A stretch of DNA of 64,000 nt. Origin: Mustelus asterias. Its lineage: Eukaryota. Shown here one piece after another: positions 1 through 11,533 of this stretch. A program made the translations under genes and the position numbers. The stretch's first letter is position 1; every line of letters begins with the position of its first letter. The stretch is taken from positions 434,001 to 498,000 of the forward strand of contig NW_027590154.1 of assembly GCF_964213995.1 (NCBI RefSeq), given 5' to 3'. Below the pieces are notes generated by a model. The model saw nothing but the letters and a program-made list of their open reading frames with translations. It was not told the origin of the DNA and did not search any database.

Positions 1-1020
1 TGAACCCTGCGGGACACCACTTGTCAGCGGTTGCCATTCTGAGAAAGAACCTTTTATCCCAACTCTCTGCCTTCTGTCTGACAGCCAATCGTCAATCCAT
101 GTTAGTACCTTGCCTTGAATACCATGGGCCCTTATTTTACTCAGCAGTCTCCCGTGAGGCACCTTGTCAAAGGCCTTTTGGAAGTCAAGATAGATAACAT
201 CCATTGGCTCTCCTTGGTCTAACCTATTTGTTATCTCTTCAAAGAACTCTAACAGGTTTGTCAGGCACGACCTCCCCTTACTAAATCCATGCTGACTTGT
301 CTTAATCCGACCCTGCACTTCCAAGAATTTAGAAATCTCATCCTTAACGATGGATTCTAGAATTTTGCCAACAACTGAGGTTAGGCTAATTGGCCTATAA
401 TTTTCCATCTTTTTTCTTGTTCCCTTCTTGAACAGTGGGGTTACAACAGCGATTTTCCAATCCTCTGGGACTTTCCCTGACTCCAGTGACTTTTGAAAGA
501 TCATAACTAACGCCTCCACTATTTCTTCAGCTATCTCCTTTAGAACTCTAGGATGTAGCCCATCTGGGCCCGGAGATTTATCAATTTTCAGACCTTTTAG
601 TTTCTCTAGCACTTTCTCCTTTGTGATGGCAACCATATTCAACTCTGCCCCCTGACTTTCCTGAATTGTTGGGATATTACTCATGTCTTCTACTGTGAAG
701 ACTGACGCAAAGTACTTATTAAGTTCCTCAGCTATTTCCTTGTCTCCCATCACTAGATTACCAGTGTCATTTTGGAGCGGCCCAATGTCTACTTTTGCCT
801 CCCGTTTGTTTTTAATGTATTTAAAGAAACTTTTACTATCATTCCTAATGTTACTGGCTAGCCTACCTTCATATTTGATCCTCTCCTTCCTTATTTCTCT
901 CTTTGTTATCCTCTGTTTGTTTTTATAGCCTTCCCAATCTTCTGACTTCCCACTACTCTTTGCCACATTATAGGCTCTCTCTTTTGCCTTGATGCATTCC
1001 CTGACTTCCTTTGTCAGCCA
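1..1020 (-). mobile_element. CR1-clade LINE ORF2/RT fragment (continues past window start)
   Basis: Bases 1-365 are the near-exact reverse complement of 6310-6677 in the RT ORF; the rest extends the same element 5'-ward. Confidence 0.9.
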
Positions 1021-1339
1021 CTTTGTGCTGTTCCATCCAGTTATTTTCTGAGAACGAGCTTCATGTGCGGTTCATTCTTTCTACAATTCCCAGCAATTGG
1101 TGTGAGCTACTTGCCATCTCCCTCCTTTCAATTTTCCAATTAAACAAAAGCACGGAGGAACAAACCGTTCTCTGGAGCATTCCACATTGCAATGACTCAG
1201 CCAAAGTCAACTTCCCAACCCATCAGCAACCTCTTTACACACAGAATAAATTGTTGTTCCCTTTGAAATTTGCTATTCTTGTATCTGTCATGTTAAGTGA
1301 AAAAGCTTCTGCAGCATGGCTCATTTTACAGCAATCCTC

Positions 1340-2030
1340 TGCACTTACAAAGTGACTATTTAAGAAGCATTGTAAAGAAGGAGAAAGAGGTAGAGAGGCT
1401 TATGGAGGGATTTCCAGAGCTTACAGGTGATGACGCTGAAAGCACCACCACCATCGGTGGAGCAAATGAAATATGGTCACTACAAGAGGCCAGAATTGGA
1501 AATGATCTGATATATGAGAGTTGTGGGGCTGGAGAAGATCACAAAGATAGGGAAGGGCGAGGCCATACAGTGATTGAAAATAAGGATAGAAATTTTAAAA
1601 CAAGGTGCTGCTTAACCAGGGACTGATGCAGGAGTGATGTGTTTGTTATTTTGGGGGGAGTGGGGGGAGATGACAACAGATTTAAAGGAAAGAGGGACAA
1701 TACCCGAAGAAAGAAGCGAACCACTAACAATGTAAGCTCACGTGGGGATGTTGTGTAGTCAGCAGTTCAGCGAGAATAGGATAGAAGGTGCAGGAAGTGG
1801 GTCTTGAGGGCAGAGGTCATGAGGGGAGGTGGGAGAATCTAGAGAAAGATACAGATGCAGGACTCAGATAAGGGGTATTTTAGCTCGGTGGGCTAGTGCA
1901 TGGGATGGACACGGCAGAGGCAACTGTCACTAAGATTGAGATCTTCCAATCAAAGAAGATCCATGAGTTCCTCTCACTTGGAGGTGAGGATGGAGCAGAT
2001 AGAAAGACGGAGAATCCTTCAGAAGGAATT
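1340..2030 (-). mobile_element. Degraded L2-clade LINE fragment
   Basis: 1860-1990 aligns in reverse to the L2-like segment at 18800-18900 (shared actaagattgaga; catgagttcctc). Confidence 0.55.
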
Positions 2031-2209
2031 AACTTGTGTCAGATATTCAGGCGACTCACATTGTTTAACACAAAGCCAGTTTATTTGACTTTTAGCCAGG
2101 AGATTAGCACTTGTATAACTGGACTGGAGGTTAGTAACATCAGCAAAAACAGACCCCAAATGAACACAGTTCAATCCCGGACGTGATTAACAATATCCAA
2201 TCATTGCAA

Positions 2210-2911
2210 TTACTTGTGACCTCGCTGGTGTTTCAACACATGGGATGAATGAGCAAATTTCTTCTTACAGACAGTGCAAGTGAATGGTTTCTCCCCAGAG
2301 TGAACTCGTTCGTGTAACCGAAGATGGGATGGCTGAGTGAATTTCTTCCCACACTGGGAGCAGGTGTACGGCCTCTCCCCAGTGTGAGTGCGCTGGTGGA
2401 GAGAGGGTTGATACGAATGCTTGAACCCAGCCTCACAGTGAGAGCACCTGAACGGTCTTTCATCAGAGTGAATGAGTTGATGGCTCATCAGTTCCCTCGA
2501 ACTTTTAAAGCATTTCCCGCATTCTGCGCATTTGAAAGGTCTTTCGTCCGTATGAACCTGCTTGTGTCTCAGCAGGATAGATGAACTAGTAAATCCCTTC
2601 TCACACACTGAGCAAGTGAATGGTCTCTCCCTCGTGTGAACGCGCTGGTGTTGCTGCAGATGCGCATTGCGATTAAATCCCTTCCCACACTCGGAGCAGT
2701 TAAACAGCTTTTCCCTGGTGTGACAGCGTCTATGCATTTCCAGATCAGATGGGAAATTAAATTCCTTCCCACAGTCCCCACATTTACACAACTTCTTTCC
2801 AGTGTGACTGCGTTTGTGTTTCGACAGGCCAGATGATCGACTGTAGCCTTGTCCACACACAGCACACATAAACGGTTTCTCTCCACTGTGAACGCTGCTT
2901 TTTTCATCCAT
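2210..2911 (-). CDS. C2H2 zinc-finger protein, 8 fingers (ZNF-A)
   Basis: [22 protein letters not shown]... with eight CxxC-x12-HxxxH units and TGE(K/R)P-type linkers; polypyrimidine tract plus AG acceptor near 3016-3045. Confidence 0.85.
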   Translation of the reverse strand: MDEKSSVHSGEKPFMCAVCGQGYSRSSGLSKHKRSHTGKKLCKCGDCGKEFNFPSDLEMHRRCHTREKLFNCSECGKGFNRNAHLQQHQRVHTRERPFTCSVCEKGFTSSSILLRHKQVHTDERPFKCAECGKCFKSSRELMSHQLIHSDERPFRCSHCEAGFKHSYQPSLHQRTHTGERPYTCSQCGKKFTQPSHLRLHERVHSGEKPFTCTVCKKKFAHSSHVLKHQRGHK

Positions 2912-3444
2912 GTTCAAAGTAAAATGATAGTTGGGTTACGATAAATTGGGTAATTCTGTCAGATTCTGCTGTGGGTTTGAATGTCCCGACTGCAAATCCT
3001 TCTCTTCAAATATTCTGAGAGATTTAAAACAGAAAAAAAGAGAGAATGAGAAAACCCACAGGATCACAAAGGCAGTTTGTAAAATTGAACGGAATGGATC
3101 TGCTGATTTATGGAATCAACATGAGGGCAGGAAACTTGCCACAGCAATGGGATGAGAGAGAAAGAGGTGAGAGAGGCAGAGCGAAGTAGAGTTTTTTTAT
3201 AGATGTACAACTTGACAGGAACTGTGACAGAATCTCCCAAACCCTCAATCTCCGCAGTCTAGAATGACTAGGGTAAGCAGCTATATGTGAACATCACCTC
3301 CAAGTTGCCCTGCACATCAGCCTGATGTTTAATTTGTCTGACACCAGTCCTCCAATAATAAACTGGGAAATCTGAAGACATTGTCCAATTCCTGGCTGCT
3401 GACTCTTCCTGACAACTGTGGCAGAACCAATCTGTATCATTGTG

Positions 3445-3676
3445 TTTTTTTTAATTAATGGGATGTGAGCATTGCTGGCTGGGCCAATGTTAATTGTCCA
3501 TCCCTAACCATATTGCCAAATAAGGATGGCAGATTTCCTTTCCTAAAGGATATTAGTGAATCAAGGTGGGTTGCTACAATTGTCATTAGCCTTTTTAAAT
3601 TTTATTTTTATTGAATTCAAATGGCCCCCAGATCTTGCCCTGGGTCTCCGGGCTTCTAGTCCAGCGACAATACCAT
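3445..3676 (-). mobile_element. tRNA-derived SINE, partial inverted copy
   Basis: Reverse-complement similarity to the SINE at 3680-4052. Confidence 0.6.
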
Positions 3677-3679
3677 GAT

Positions 3680-4052
3680 GGGGAGACGATGGCCAAGTGG
3701 TCTTGGCACTGGACTATTTAATCCAGAAACTCAGCCAATGTTCTGGGGACCCAGGTTCGAATCCCACCACGGCAAGTTGCTCTCACTGCCCTCTCTCCCT
3801 CTCTCCTACCATGGCAAGTGGTGGAATTTGAATTCAATAAACAAAGAATTAGCTGGAATTAAGAATCTACCGATGACCATGTAACCATTGTTGTAAAAGC
3901 CTATTTGGAAATCTGCCATCCTTACTCCGTCTGGCTTACACATGACTCCAGAGCTACAGCTATGTGCTTGACTCTCAACTGCCCTCAGGCAATTAGGGAT
4001 GGGCAATAAATGCTGGTCAGCCAGCAATGACCACGTCCCATGAATGAATAAT
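3680..4052 (+). mobile_element. tRNA-derived SINE with LINE-like 3' tail
   Basis: A box tggccaagtgg, B box ggttcgaatcc, tail ggcaattagggatgggcaataaatgctgg; related copies at 4985, 29815 and 35060. Confidence 0.8.
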
Positions 4053-4074
4053 AACACCACCACCTTCCCTCATA

Positions 4075-4430
4075 TTGGACCCCAAGATGAGTTTCTGACC
4101 ACATTTCCATGTCATCATTAGAATCCTATTTTGGTCAGAGTATCATCAAACTTCACCTTTGCCTCATCTCATTGTCCACTGAAACCCTCATCTTACCCTC
4201 ACAAGCTTCTGGTTAAGACACCACCTTAATTGTTGAAATGATTTTTCAAATCTCTTCATGGCCTTGACTCTCATGATCTCTATAATCTCCTCCAGATGCA
4301 CAATGCTGACCAAATCGCCACTCCTCTAATTCTGGCCTCCTCGCTCTCTACAGCTGTGCACCTACCTTTCCTCTTTAAAATCTACCTCTTTGACCAAGCT
4401 TTTAGATATCTGCCCAAATATTTCCGACCA
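4075..4430 (+). mobile_element. L2 LINE 3' fragment
   Basis: gaccccaagatgagtttctgaccaca shared with 19586; L2-type 3' end ctctttgaccaagctttt. Confidence 0.55.
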
Positions 4431-4627
4431 TGGCTGATTGTTAATTGCTAACTCAGCAGGCCGGGTACTGCCTGTGGCGAGAGAAAGAGACAGAATGAAC
4501 AATTCAGGAAGGTACTGCAGAATGAAATTTGGAGAATAAAAATGGTGCAGGATTTGATGGTCAATAAGCTCAGAAGTGGAAGAGAAATTGACTACAGGAA
4601 AAAAAAAACGTCCTGATGCTGAAAGAT

Positions 4628-4950
4628 GCACGGTGGCACAGTGGTTAGCACTGCGGCCTCACAGCACCAGGGATCCGGGTTGAATTCCAGCCTTGGGTGA
4701 CTGTCAGTGTGCTGTTTGCACATTCTCCCTGTGCTGGCATGGGTTTCCTCCGGGTGCTCCGGTTTCCTCCCACACTCCAAAAATGTGCAGGTTAGATGGA
4801 TTGGTCAAGCTAAATTGCCCATTACTGTCAGAGGGGTTAGCAGGGTAAATATGTGAGGTTATGGGGATAGGGCCTAGGTGGGATTATTGTTGGTGCAAGC
4901 TTGATGGGCTGAATGGCCTCCTTCTGCACTGTAGGTATTCTATGATTCTA
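4628..4950 (+). mobile_element. HE1-like V-SINE
   Basis: tRNA-like head gcacggtggcacagtggttagcac, V-domain gggtttcctccgggtgctccggtttcctcccac, CR1-like tail ending (ttctatga)n. Confidence 0.85.
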
Positions 4951-4984
4951 TGCTGTGGGAAGATAAAGCTAGTAATTTTTTAAA

Positions 4985-5268
4985 AAAGTCATTCACAGAA
5001 GAAGGACGAGCCAGCATTTATTGCCCATCCCTAATTGCCCTTGGACTGAGTGGCTTGCTCAGCCATTTCAGAAGACAGATAAGAGTCAACCACATTGCTG
5101 AAAATCTGGAGTCACATGTAAGCCAGGCCAGGTAAGGACAGCAGATCTTCTTCCCGAAAGGACATTAGTGAACCAGATAGGTTTTTTACAACAATCGACA
5201 ATGGTTTCATGGTCATCAGTAGACTTTAAATTCCAGATTTTTTGACTGCATTCAAATATCACCATCAA
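4985..5268 (-). mobile_element. tRNA-derived SINE (3' part)
   Basis: Reverse complement of the 3820-4050 region. Confidence 0.75.
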
Positions 5269-5442
5269 TACATAGTCGGGGGAGGGACAACAGTTGAAAC
5301 TTCATTTCGACAATCTAACAGTAAAATATTAAACACAGTTAAAACACACCCAGCGTTAGAGACAGAGGGAAGTTAGACAATGACAGAAAGGTGATCAGGG
5401 AGGGCAGAGGTAAAACTGAGCAATGGATGGACATGGATTCAG

Positions 5443-5632
5443 ATCCAAAGATGTGCGGGTTAGGTTGATTGGCCAGGTTAAAAATTGCCCCTTAGAGTCC
5501 TGGGATGCGGAGGTTAGAGGGATTATCGGGTAAAATATGTGGGGGTAGGGCCTGAGTGGGATTGTGGTCGGTGCAGACTCGATGGGCCGAATGGCCTCCT
5601 TCTGCACTGTAGGGTTTCTATGATTCTATGAT
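5443..5632 (+). mobile_element. HE1-like V-SINE, 3' half
   Basis: Near-identical to 18428-18610. Confidence 0.85.
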
Positions 5633-5819
5633 CCACAGTAAAGAAGTCAGACCAGCCACACGTGGAACCTCTCTCAGATAACAGAACACACCACTAAAAA
5701 CTCTCAGTTTCAGAGGAATGGTCACAAGCACTCGCCTCTGAAACAATGCCGCTGTTTTAAAGATAAATCTGCTTCTGGGAGCTGCAGCTGGAAAGATCAG
5801 AAACCAGAGAGAGAGATTT

Positions 5820-6010
5820 CAAAACTCCCGCCACTGTGGGAACCCCGGAAGTGGGCGTGATGACACTACAATGGTGAGTGCGTGATGGCGTCACCGCATG
5901 GTTGCGACTGCGCGATTAGCTCAGAATCTGCACGTGCGCGAACACGTTGACAGGCCGTTCCAATGACGTCACCTAAGGGAAAACTGCGCTTGCGCTGGCA
6001 GTGCAGAAAA
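5820..6010. promoter_or_regulatory. CpG-rich promoter, probably for ZNF-A
   Basis: Local CpG enrichment with ETS ccggaagtg (5846), YY1-like gatggcg, CRE tgacgtca (5964-5971) and NRF1-like tgcgcttgcgc. Confidence 0.55.
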
Positions 6011-6143
6011 GAAGTCTTGCAATTGGATGTTGGGACATGTTGTGTCTGAACAAAGGAGAGTGACCATCCCAACAAACCCTCAACATGATCAGAACCACTT
6101 CACTCAGGTTCATTCACTGCAGTCCAGCTTGTATTTTCATATC

Positions 6144-6227
6144 GCCTGATGAAGGAGCAGCGCTCCGAAAGCTCATGGTTCCAGATAAACCTGTTGGACT
6201 CTAACCTGGTGTTGTGAGACTTCTTAC
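6144..6227 (+). mobile_element. 84-bp Penelope-derived insertion containing a minimal hammerhead ribozyme motif
   Basis: 12-bp TSD tattttcatatc (6132-6143 / 6228-6239); core CTGATGA-a-GGAGC-agc-GCTCC-GAAA-gctc; remainder matches the Penelope terminus at 23010-23050. Confidence 0.8.
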
Positions 6228-6288
6228 TATTTTCATATCATCAGTCCTTCTTCCCCACATCCTTCCACCAGGGGCGGCACGGTGGTTA

Positions 6289-7671
6289 GATTCTAGAATC
6301 TAGAATTCTAGAAATTCTAGAATCCATCGTTAAGGATGAGATTTCTAAATTCTTGGAAGTGCAGGGTCGGATTAAGACAAGTCAGCATGGATTTAGTAAG
6401 GGGAGGTCGTGCCTGACAAACCTGTTAGAGTTCTTTGAAGAGATAACAAATAGGTTAGACCAAGGAGAGCCAATGGATGTTATCTATCTTGACTTCCAAA
6501 AGGCCTTTGACAAGGTGCCTCACGGGAGACTGCTGAGTAAAATAAGGGCCCATGGTATTCGAGGCAAGGTACTAACATGGATTGACGATTGGCTGTCAGA
6601 CAGAAGGCAGAGAGTTGGGATAAAAGGTTCTTTCTCAGAATGGCAACCAGTGACAAGTGGTGTCCCGCAGGGTTCAGTGTTGGGGCCACAGCTGTTCTCT
6701 TTATATATTAACGATCTAGATGACGGGACTGGGAGCATTCTGGCCAAGTTTGCCGATGATACAAAGATAGGTGGAGGGGCAGGTAGTATTGAGGAGGTGG
6801 GGAGGCTGCAGAAAGATTTAGACAGTTTAGGAGAGTGGTCCAAGAAGTGGCTGATGAAATTCAACGTGGGCAAGTGCGAGGTCGTACACTTTGGAAAAAA
6901 GAATAGAGGCATGGACTATTTTCTAAACGGTGACAAAATTCATAATGCTAAAGTGCAAAGGGACTTGGGAGTCCTAGTCCAGGATTCTCTAAAGGTAAAC
7001 TTGCAGGTTGAGTCCGTAATTAGGAAAGCAAATGTAATGTTGTCATTTATCTCAAGAGGCTTGGAATACAAAAGCAGGGATGTACTTCTGAGGCTTTATA
7101 AAGCACTGGTTAGGCCCCATTTGGAGTACTGTGAGCAATTTTGGGCCCCACACCTCAGGAAGGACATACTGGCACTGGAGCGGGTCCAGCGGAGATTCAC
7201 ACGGATGATCCCAGGAATGGTAGGCCTGACATACGATGAACGTCTGAGGATCGTGGGATTATATTCATTGGAGTTTAGGAGGTTGAGGGGAGATCTGATA
7301 GAAACTTACAAGATAATGAACGGCTTAGATAGGATGGACGTAGGGAAGTTGTTTCCATTAACAGGGGAGACTAGGACGCGGGGGCACAGCCTTAGAATAA
7401 AAGGGAGTCACTTTAGAACAGAGATGAGGAGAAATTTCTTCAGCCAGAGAGTGGTGGGTCTGTGGAATTCATTGCCACAGAGGGCTGTGGAGGCCGAGAC
7501 GTTGAGCGTCTTCAAGACAGAAATTGATAAATTCTTGATTTCTCGAGGAATTAAGGGCTATGGGGAGAGAGCGGGTAAATGGAGTTGAAATCAACCATGA
7601 TTGAATGGTGGAGTGGACTCGATGGGCCGAATGGCCTTACTTCCGCTCCTATGTCTTATGGTCTTATGGTC
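6289..7671 (+). mobile_element. Young 5'-truncated CR1 LINE with uninterrupted RT C-terminal ORF (6353-7588)
   Basis: RT motifs QHGF, YLDFQKAFDKVPH, GVPQGSVLGP, FADD; 3' tail (tcttatgg)n; splits a V-SINE head at ttag. Confidence 0.95.
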
Positions 7672-7960
7672 TTAGCACTGCTGCCTCACAGCACCAGGGA
7701 CCCAGGTTCAATTTCCGGCTTGGGTTACTTTCTATGCAGAGTCTGCATGTTCTCCCCGTGTCTGTGTGGGTTTTCTCCAGGTGCTCCGGTTTCTTCCCAC
7801 TGTCCAAAAGACATGCTGGTTAGGGTGCATTGGCCATGCTAAATTCTCCCTCAGTGTACCCGAAAAGGTGCCGGAGTGTGGTGACTGGGGGATTTTAACA
7901 GTAATTTCATTGCAGTGTTAATGTAAGCCCACTTGTGACTAATAAAAAAAATACTTTTAC
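7672..7960 (+). mobile_element. V-SINE (alternative-tail subfamily); first 18 bp displaced to 6271-6288 by the CR1
   Basis: ggggcggcacggtggttag (6271) joins ttagcactgctgcctcacagc (7672); tail cattgcagtgttaatgtaagcc. Confidence 0.85.
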
Positions 7961-8056
7961 TTTACCTTCGAATATTCAATCTTTCAAAGTTTATCTTATC
8001 CTCTGTGTCTTCAATTCTTCCGGGTTAATCATTGTAACAATTCTCTGTTTTGATTT

Positions 8057-8395
8057 ACATAAGAACATAAGAACATAAGAAATAGGAGCAGGAGTAGGCC
8101 ATCTAGCCCCTCGAGCCTGCCCCGCCATTCAATAAGATCATGGCTGATCTGACGTGGATCAGTACCACTTACCCGCCTGATCCCCATAACCCTTAATTCC
8201 CTTACCGATCAGGAATCCATCCATCCGCGCTTTAAACATATTCAGCGAGGTAGCCTCCACCACCTCAGTGGGCAGAGAATTCCAGAGATTCACCACCCTC
8301 TGGGAGAAGAAGTTCCTCCTCAACTCTGTCTTAAACCGACCCCCCTTTATTTTGAGGCTGTGTCCTCTAGTTTTAACTTCCTTACTAAGTGGAAA
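8057..8395 (-). mobile_element. CR1 3' end
   Basis: (acataaga)n tail in reverse; minus strand encodes RGHSLKIKGGRFKTELRRNFFSQRVV. Confidence 0.85.
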
Positions 8396-8397
8396 AA

Positions 8398-8635
8398 ATT
8401 TGATTTATTATTGTCACATTTATTGGGATACAGTGAAAGTGTTATCTCTTGCATGCTGGTCGGACAATAAATACCGTTCATAGAGTACATAGCATAGAAG
8501 GAAAGGCTGCAGAATATAATGTTGCACTTACAGATAGGGTGTAGAGAGAGATCTGCTTATTGTGGTAGGTCCATTCAAAAGTCTGATGGTGGCAGGGAAG
8601 AAGCTGTTCTTGAGTCCGCTAGTACATGATCTCAC
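8398..8635 (-). mobile_element. Rex1/Babar-like LINE 3' end
   Basis: Reverse complement of 58075-58300; further copies at 12225, 21425 and 23935. Confidence 0.7.
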
Positions 8636-9513
8636 CTTTAAAAAAATGATCTCAACTTTAAACTTTAACCTGGCTTTACATGTCCAGATTCAGCACCAAT
8701 CCAGTATTAAGTTATAACCATAACCTTTTCTTCATGGGATAGGAAATTGTGAATTTCTTGTTATAAACCATTCCTGAAATGCTGCTGGTCCTGGAATGTA
8801 AAAGGGAAATTTGTGCTGATCTAGATTAAAGGGAACTGACCAAAATCAGTTTATCCTTTCAGTTGGGTAGATATGGAAAAATGATTTCCTCTGGTGGGGG
8901 AATCAAGAACAAGGGAACATTGTGTGAAAGATTGGAGCTCAGAGTGAAATCGGGCAGTAATTCTTCAACTGTGACGAAAAGTCAAAGGACCAGAAACCTT
9001 AACTCTGCTTTCTCTCTTGATAAATGCGGGCAGACATGCTGAGTTTTTCCAGTTCTTGTAGCAATTCTTTCCACATGGAAATAGAAAACAAAGGCTGGAA
9101 AATCAGATTTAGGAGAATGATTCCAGGGATGAGAAACTTCAGTGATGAAGACAGATTGGAGAATTTGGGACTCTTTCACTTGGAGAAAAGACTGAGAGGA
9201 GATTTGATAGAAACATTCAAAATCATGAGGGGTGCAGAAGAGATTCACTGAGACAATCACAGGGAATAGAGGCTTTAGTTATCAGGAAAGATTATAGAAA
9301 CTGGGGTTCTTTTCACGAGAACTGATTGAAAATCTGGGGATGGGTTCAAAATTTTATCAGGTGAATGAGAAAAAACTATTTCTCAAGTCGATGAGTCAGC
9401 AACTAATGGACATCAGATTTAAATCATCACCCAAAGACTCAGAGCCAAGGATGAAATATTGAACAGATTTGTACAACATTGAATCAGACTCTCACTGTCC
9501 CTGTGGATTTGTG

Positions 9514-9719
9514 ATGTGGAGTTGCCAGTGTTGGACTGGGGTAGGCACAGTAAGTAGTCTCACAACACTAGGTTAAAGTCCAATGGGTTTATTTGGTAGC
9601 ACGAGCTTTCGGAGTGCCGCTCCTTCATCGGGCACTCACCTGATGAAGGAGCGGTGCTTGGAAAGCTAGTGCTACCAAATAAACCTGTTGGACTTTAACC
9701 TGGTGTTGTGAGACTATTT
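9514..9719. mobile_element. Palindromic Penelope-derived mini-element with two opposed hammerhead motifs
   Basis: 14-bp TSD cctgtggatttgtg (9500-9513 / 9720-9733); about 80-bp inverted arms centred near 9635. Confidence 0.8.
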
Positions 9720-9909
9720 CCTGTGGATTTGTGTCCACACTGTGCCATTAAACACTGAGGACAGCTACATGGCTGTGTTACCGACACCTCCTCAGGATAT
9801 CCAGGCTAAGAGAGACACTCTTGAAGGAATGGGCAGCTGGGATTTGTCCATGAGGGTAACCAGAGGTTTGAAAACTGAAATAATCCACTGTAATGATGAG
9901 GTGTTAACC

Positions 9910-10300
9910 TTGGCTCAGTGATTGCTTTCTCATATCTGAGTCAGGAGGCTGTGGTTTCAAATCCAGAGAAGTGAACAGAAATTCCAGACTGACATTCCAC
10001 TGCAGTACTGAGGGAGCCCCGCACTGTCAGAGGTCCTATGTTCCAAGTAAGACTGAACAGTCAGGCATAAGAGATCCATTGATGCTATTTCAAAGAGCAG
10101 GGGAAGAGTCTTGATCAACCTTTATCCCTCAATCAAGATCACTCAAATACATTGTCTGGATTATTTTCCATGGGATCTTGCTGTGCAAATGAGCTGCTGT
10201 ATTTCCAACATTGTCTGAACTTCAAAAGAATTTGATTGGCTAGGAAAACTTTGGAACAACCTGATATCATGAAAGGCTCAACACAAATATAAATGTTCCT
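9910..10300 (+). mobile_element. Old SacSINE1-like (DeuSINE) copy
   Basis: tRNA-like head, Deu-domain-like tttatccctcaa...gggatcttgctgtgcaaat, L2-type tail; family recalled from memory, not searched. Confidence 0.6.
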
Positions 10301-10454
10301 TCAACTGAGAGAAGACCCAGAAATGGAACAGTCGAGAACAGGATTTCAGTTAGTCTCTTAACAAATATGCAACACACCGGGTGTTTGACACTGAGCTGGT
10401 TTATTTCATGTGTTTTCAGAATCTTAAACTCCAGCTCAGTTCTTGGGATTATTA

Positions 10455-10860
10455 ACATAGTCATAGAGGTTTACAGCATGGAAACAGGCCCTTCGGCCCA
10501 ACTTGTCCCATGCTGACCTTTTTTTTAAACCCCTAAGCTAGTCCCAATTGCCCACATTTGGCCCTTTTCCCTCTATACACATCTTACCCATGTAACTATC
10601 TAAATGCTTTTTAAAAGACAGAATTGTACCCGCCTCTACTACTACCGCTGGCAGCTTGTTCCAGCCACTCACCACCCTCTGTGTGAAGAAATTGCCCCTC
10701 TGGACACATTTGTTTCTCTCCCCTCTCACCTTAAACCTATGCCCTCTAGATTTAGACTCCCCGACCTTTGGGAAAAGATATTGACTATCTCGCTGATCTA
10801 TGCCCCTCATTATTTTATAGACCTCAAAAAGATTACCACTCAGCCTCCTATGTTCCAGAA
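10455..10860 (-). mobile_element. CR1 3' fragment
   Basis: ORF 10538-10810 RGHRFKVRGE..NFFTQRVV; same subfamily as 24405-25225 and 14108-14245. Confidence 0.9.
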
Positions 10861-10942
10861 AAAGCTGAAAAAGTCAGAATCAACATGGTTCAGTCCAGGA
10901 TGTGAGTAACAGCAGCATAACAGCAGAATCCAATCCCTGCTG

Positions 10943-11533
10943 TCACTTGTGAACTCGCTGGTGTCTCAGTAGGTGGGATGAATTAGTGAATCTCTTCCCA
11001 CACTGGGAGCAGGTGAATGGCCTCTCCCCTGTGTGAACTGGTTTGTGTCTCAGTAGGTGGGATGACTGAATGAATCCCTTCCCACAATCGGAGCAGGTGA
11101 ACAGCCTCTCCCGCGTGTGAACTCGCTGGTGTTTTAGCAGAATTGATGAGTGAATGAATCCCTTCCCACACTCGGAGCAGGTGAACGGTCTCTCTCCAGT
11201 GTGAACTTGCTGGTGTGTCTGCAGGTTGGATGACTGAGTGAATCCCTTCCCACACGCAGAGCAGGTGAACGGTCTCTGCCCGGTGTGAATGCGTTGGTAA
11301 GTCAGCAAATCCGGTTTCCTTTTAAAACTGTTCTCACAGACAGAGCAAGTGAAAAGTTTGTTATCAGAATGAACAAGATGGTGTGTCTGAAGACAGGATA
11401 ACCGAGTGAATCCTTTCCCACACGCAGAGCAGGTGAATGGCCGTTCCCCGGTGTGACTGCGTCGATGAGCCTCCAGATGGGAAGGACAACTGAATCCCTT
11501 CCCACAGTCCCCACATTTCCATGGTTTCTCCAT
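10943..11533 (-). CDS. C2H2 zinc-finger protein, 7 fingers, one degenerate (ZNF-B)
   Basis: [12 protein letters not shown] start in gcaccATGg context; decayed fingers upstream to about 11870. Confidence 0.8.
   Translation of the reverse strand: MEKPWKCGDCGKGFSCPSHLEAHRRSHTGERPFTCSACGKGFTRLSCLQTHHLVHSDNKLFTCSVCENSFKRKPDLLTYQRIHTGQRPFTCSACGKGFTQSSNLQTHQQVHTGERPFTCSECGKGFIHSSILLKHQRVHTRERLFTCSDCGKGFIQSSHLLRHKPVHTGERPFTCSQCGKRFTNSSHLLRHQRVHK

Noticed and set aside
1081-1095. ZNF143/Staf-like motif ctacaattcccagca
   Set aside because: Isolated partial match with no CpG island or other promoter elements nearby.
3680-3775. tRNA genes (also at the heads of V-SINEs)
   Set aside because: A and B boxes run straight into SINE bodies and no complete cloverleaf is evident.
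6353-7588. Host or retron-type reverse transcriptase gene
   Set aside because: 5'-truncated CR1 ORF2 with a microsatellite tail inserted in a SINE.
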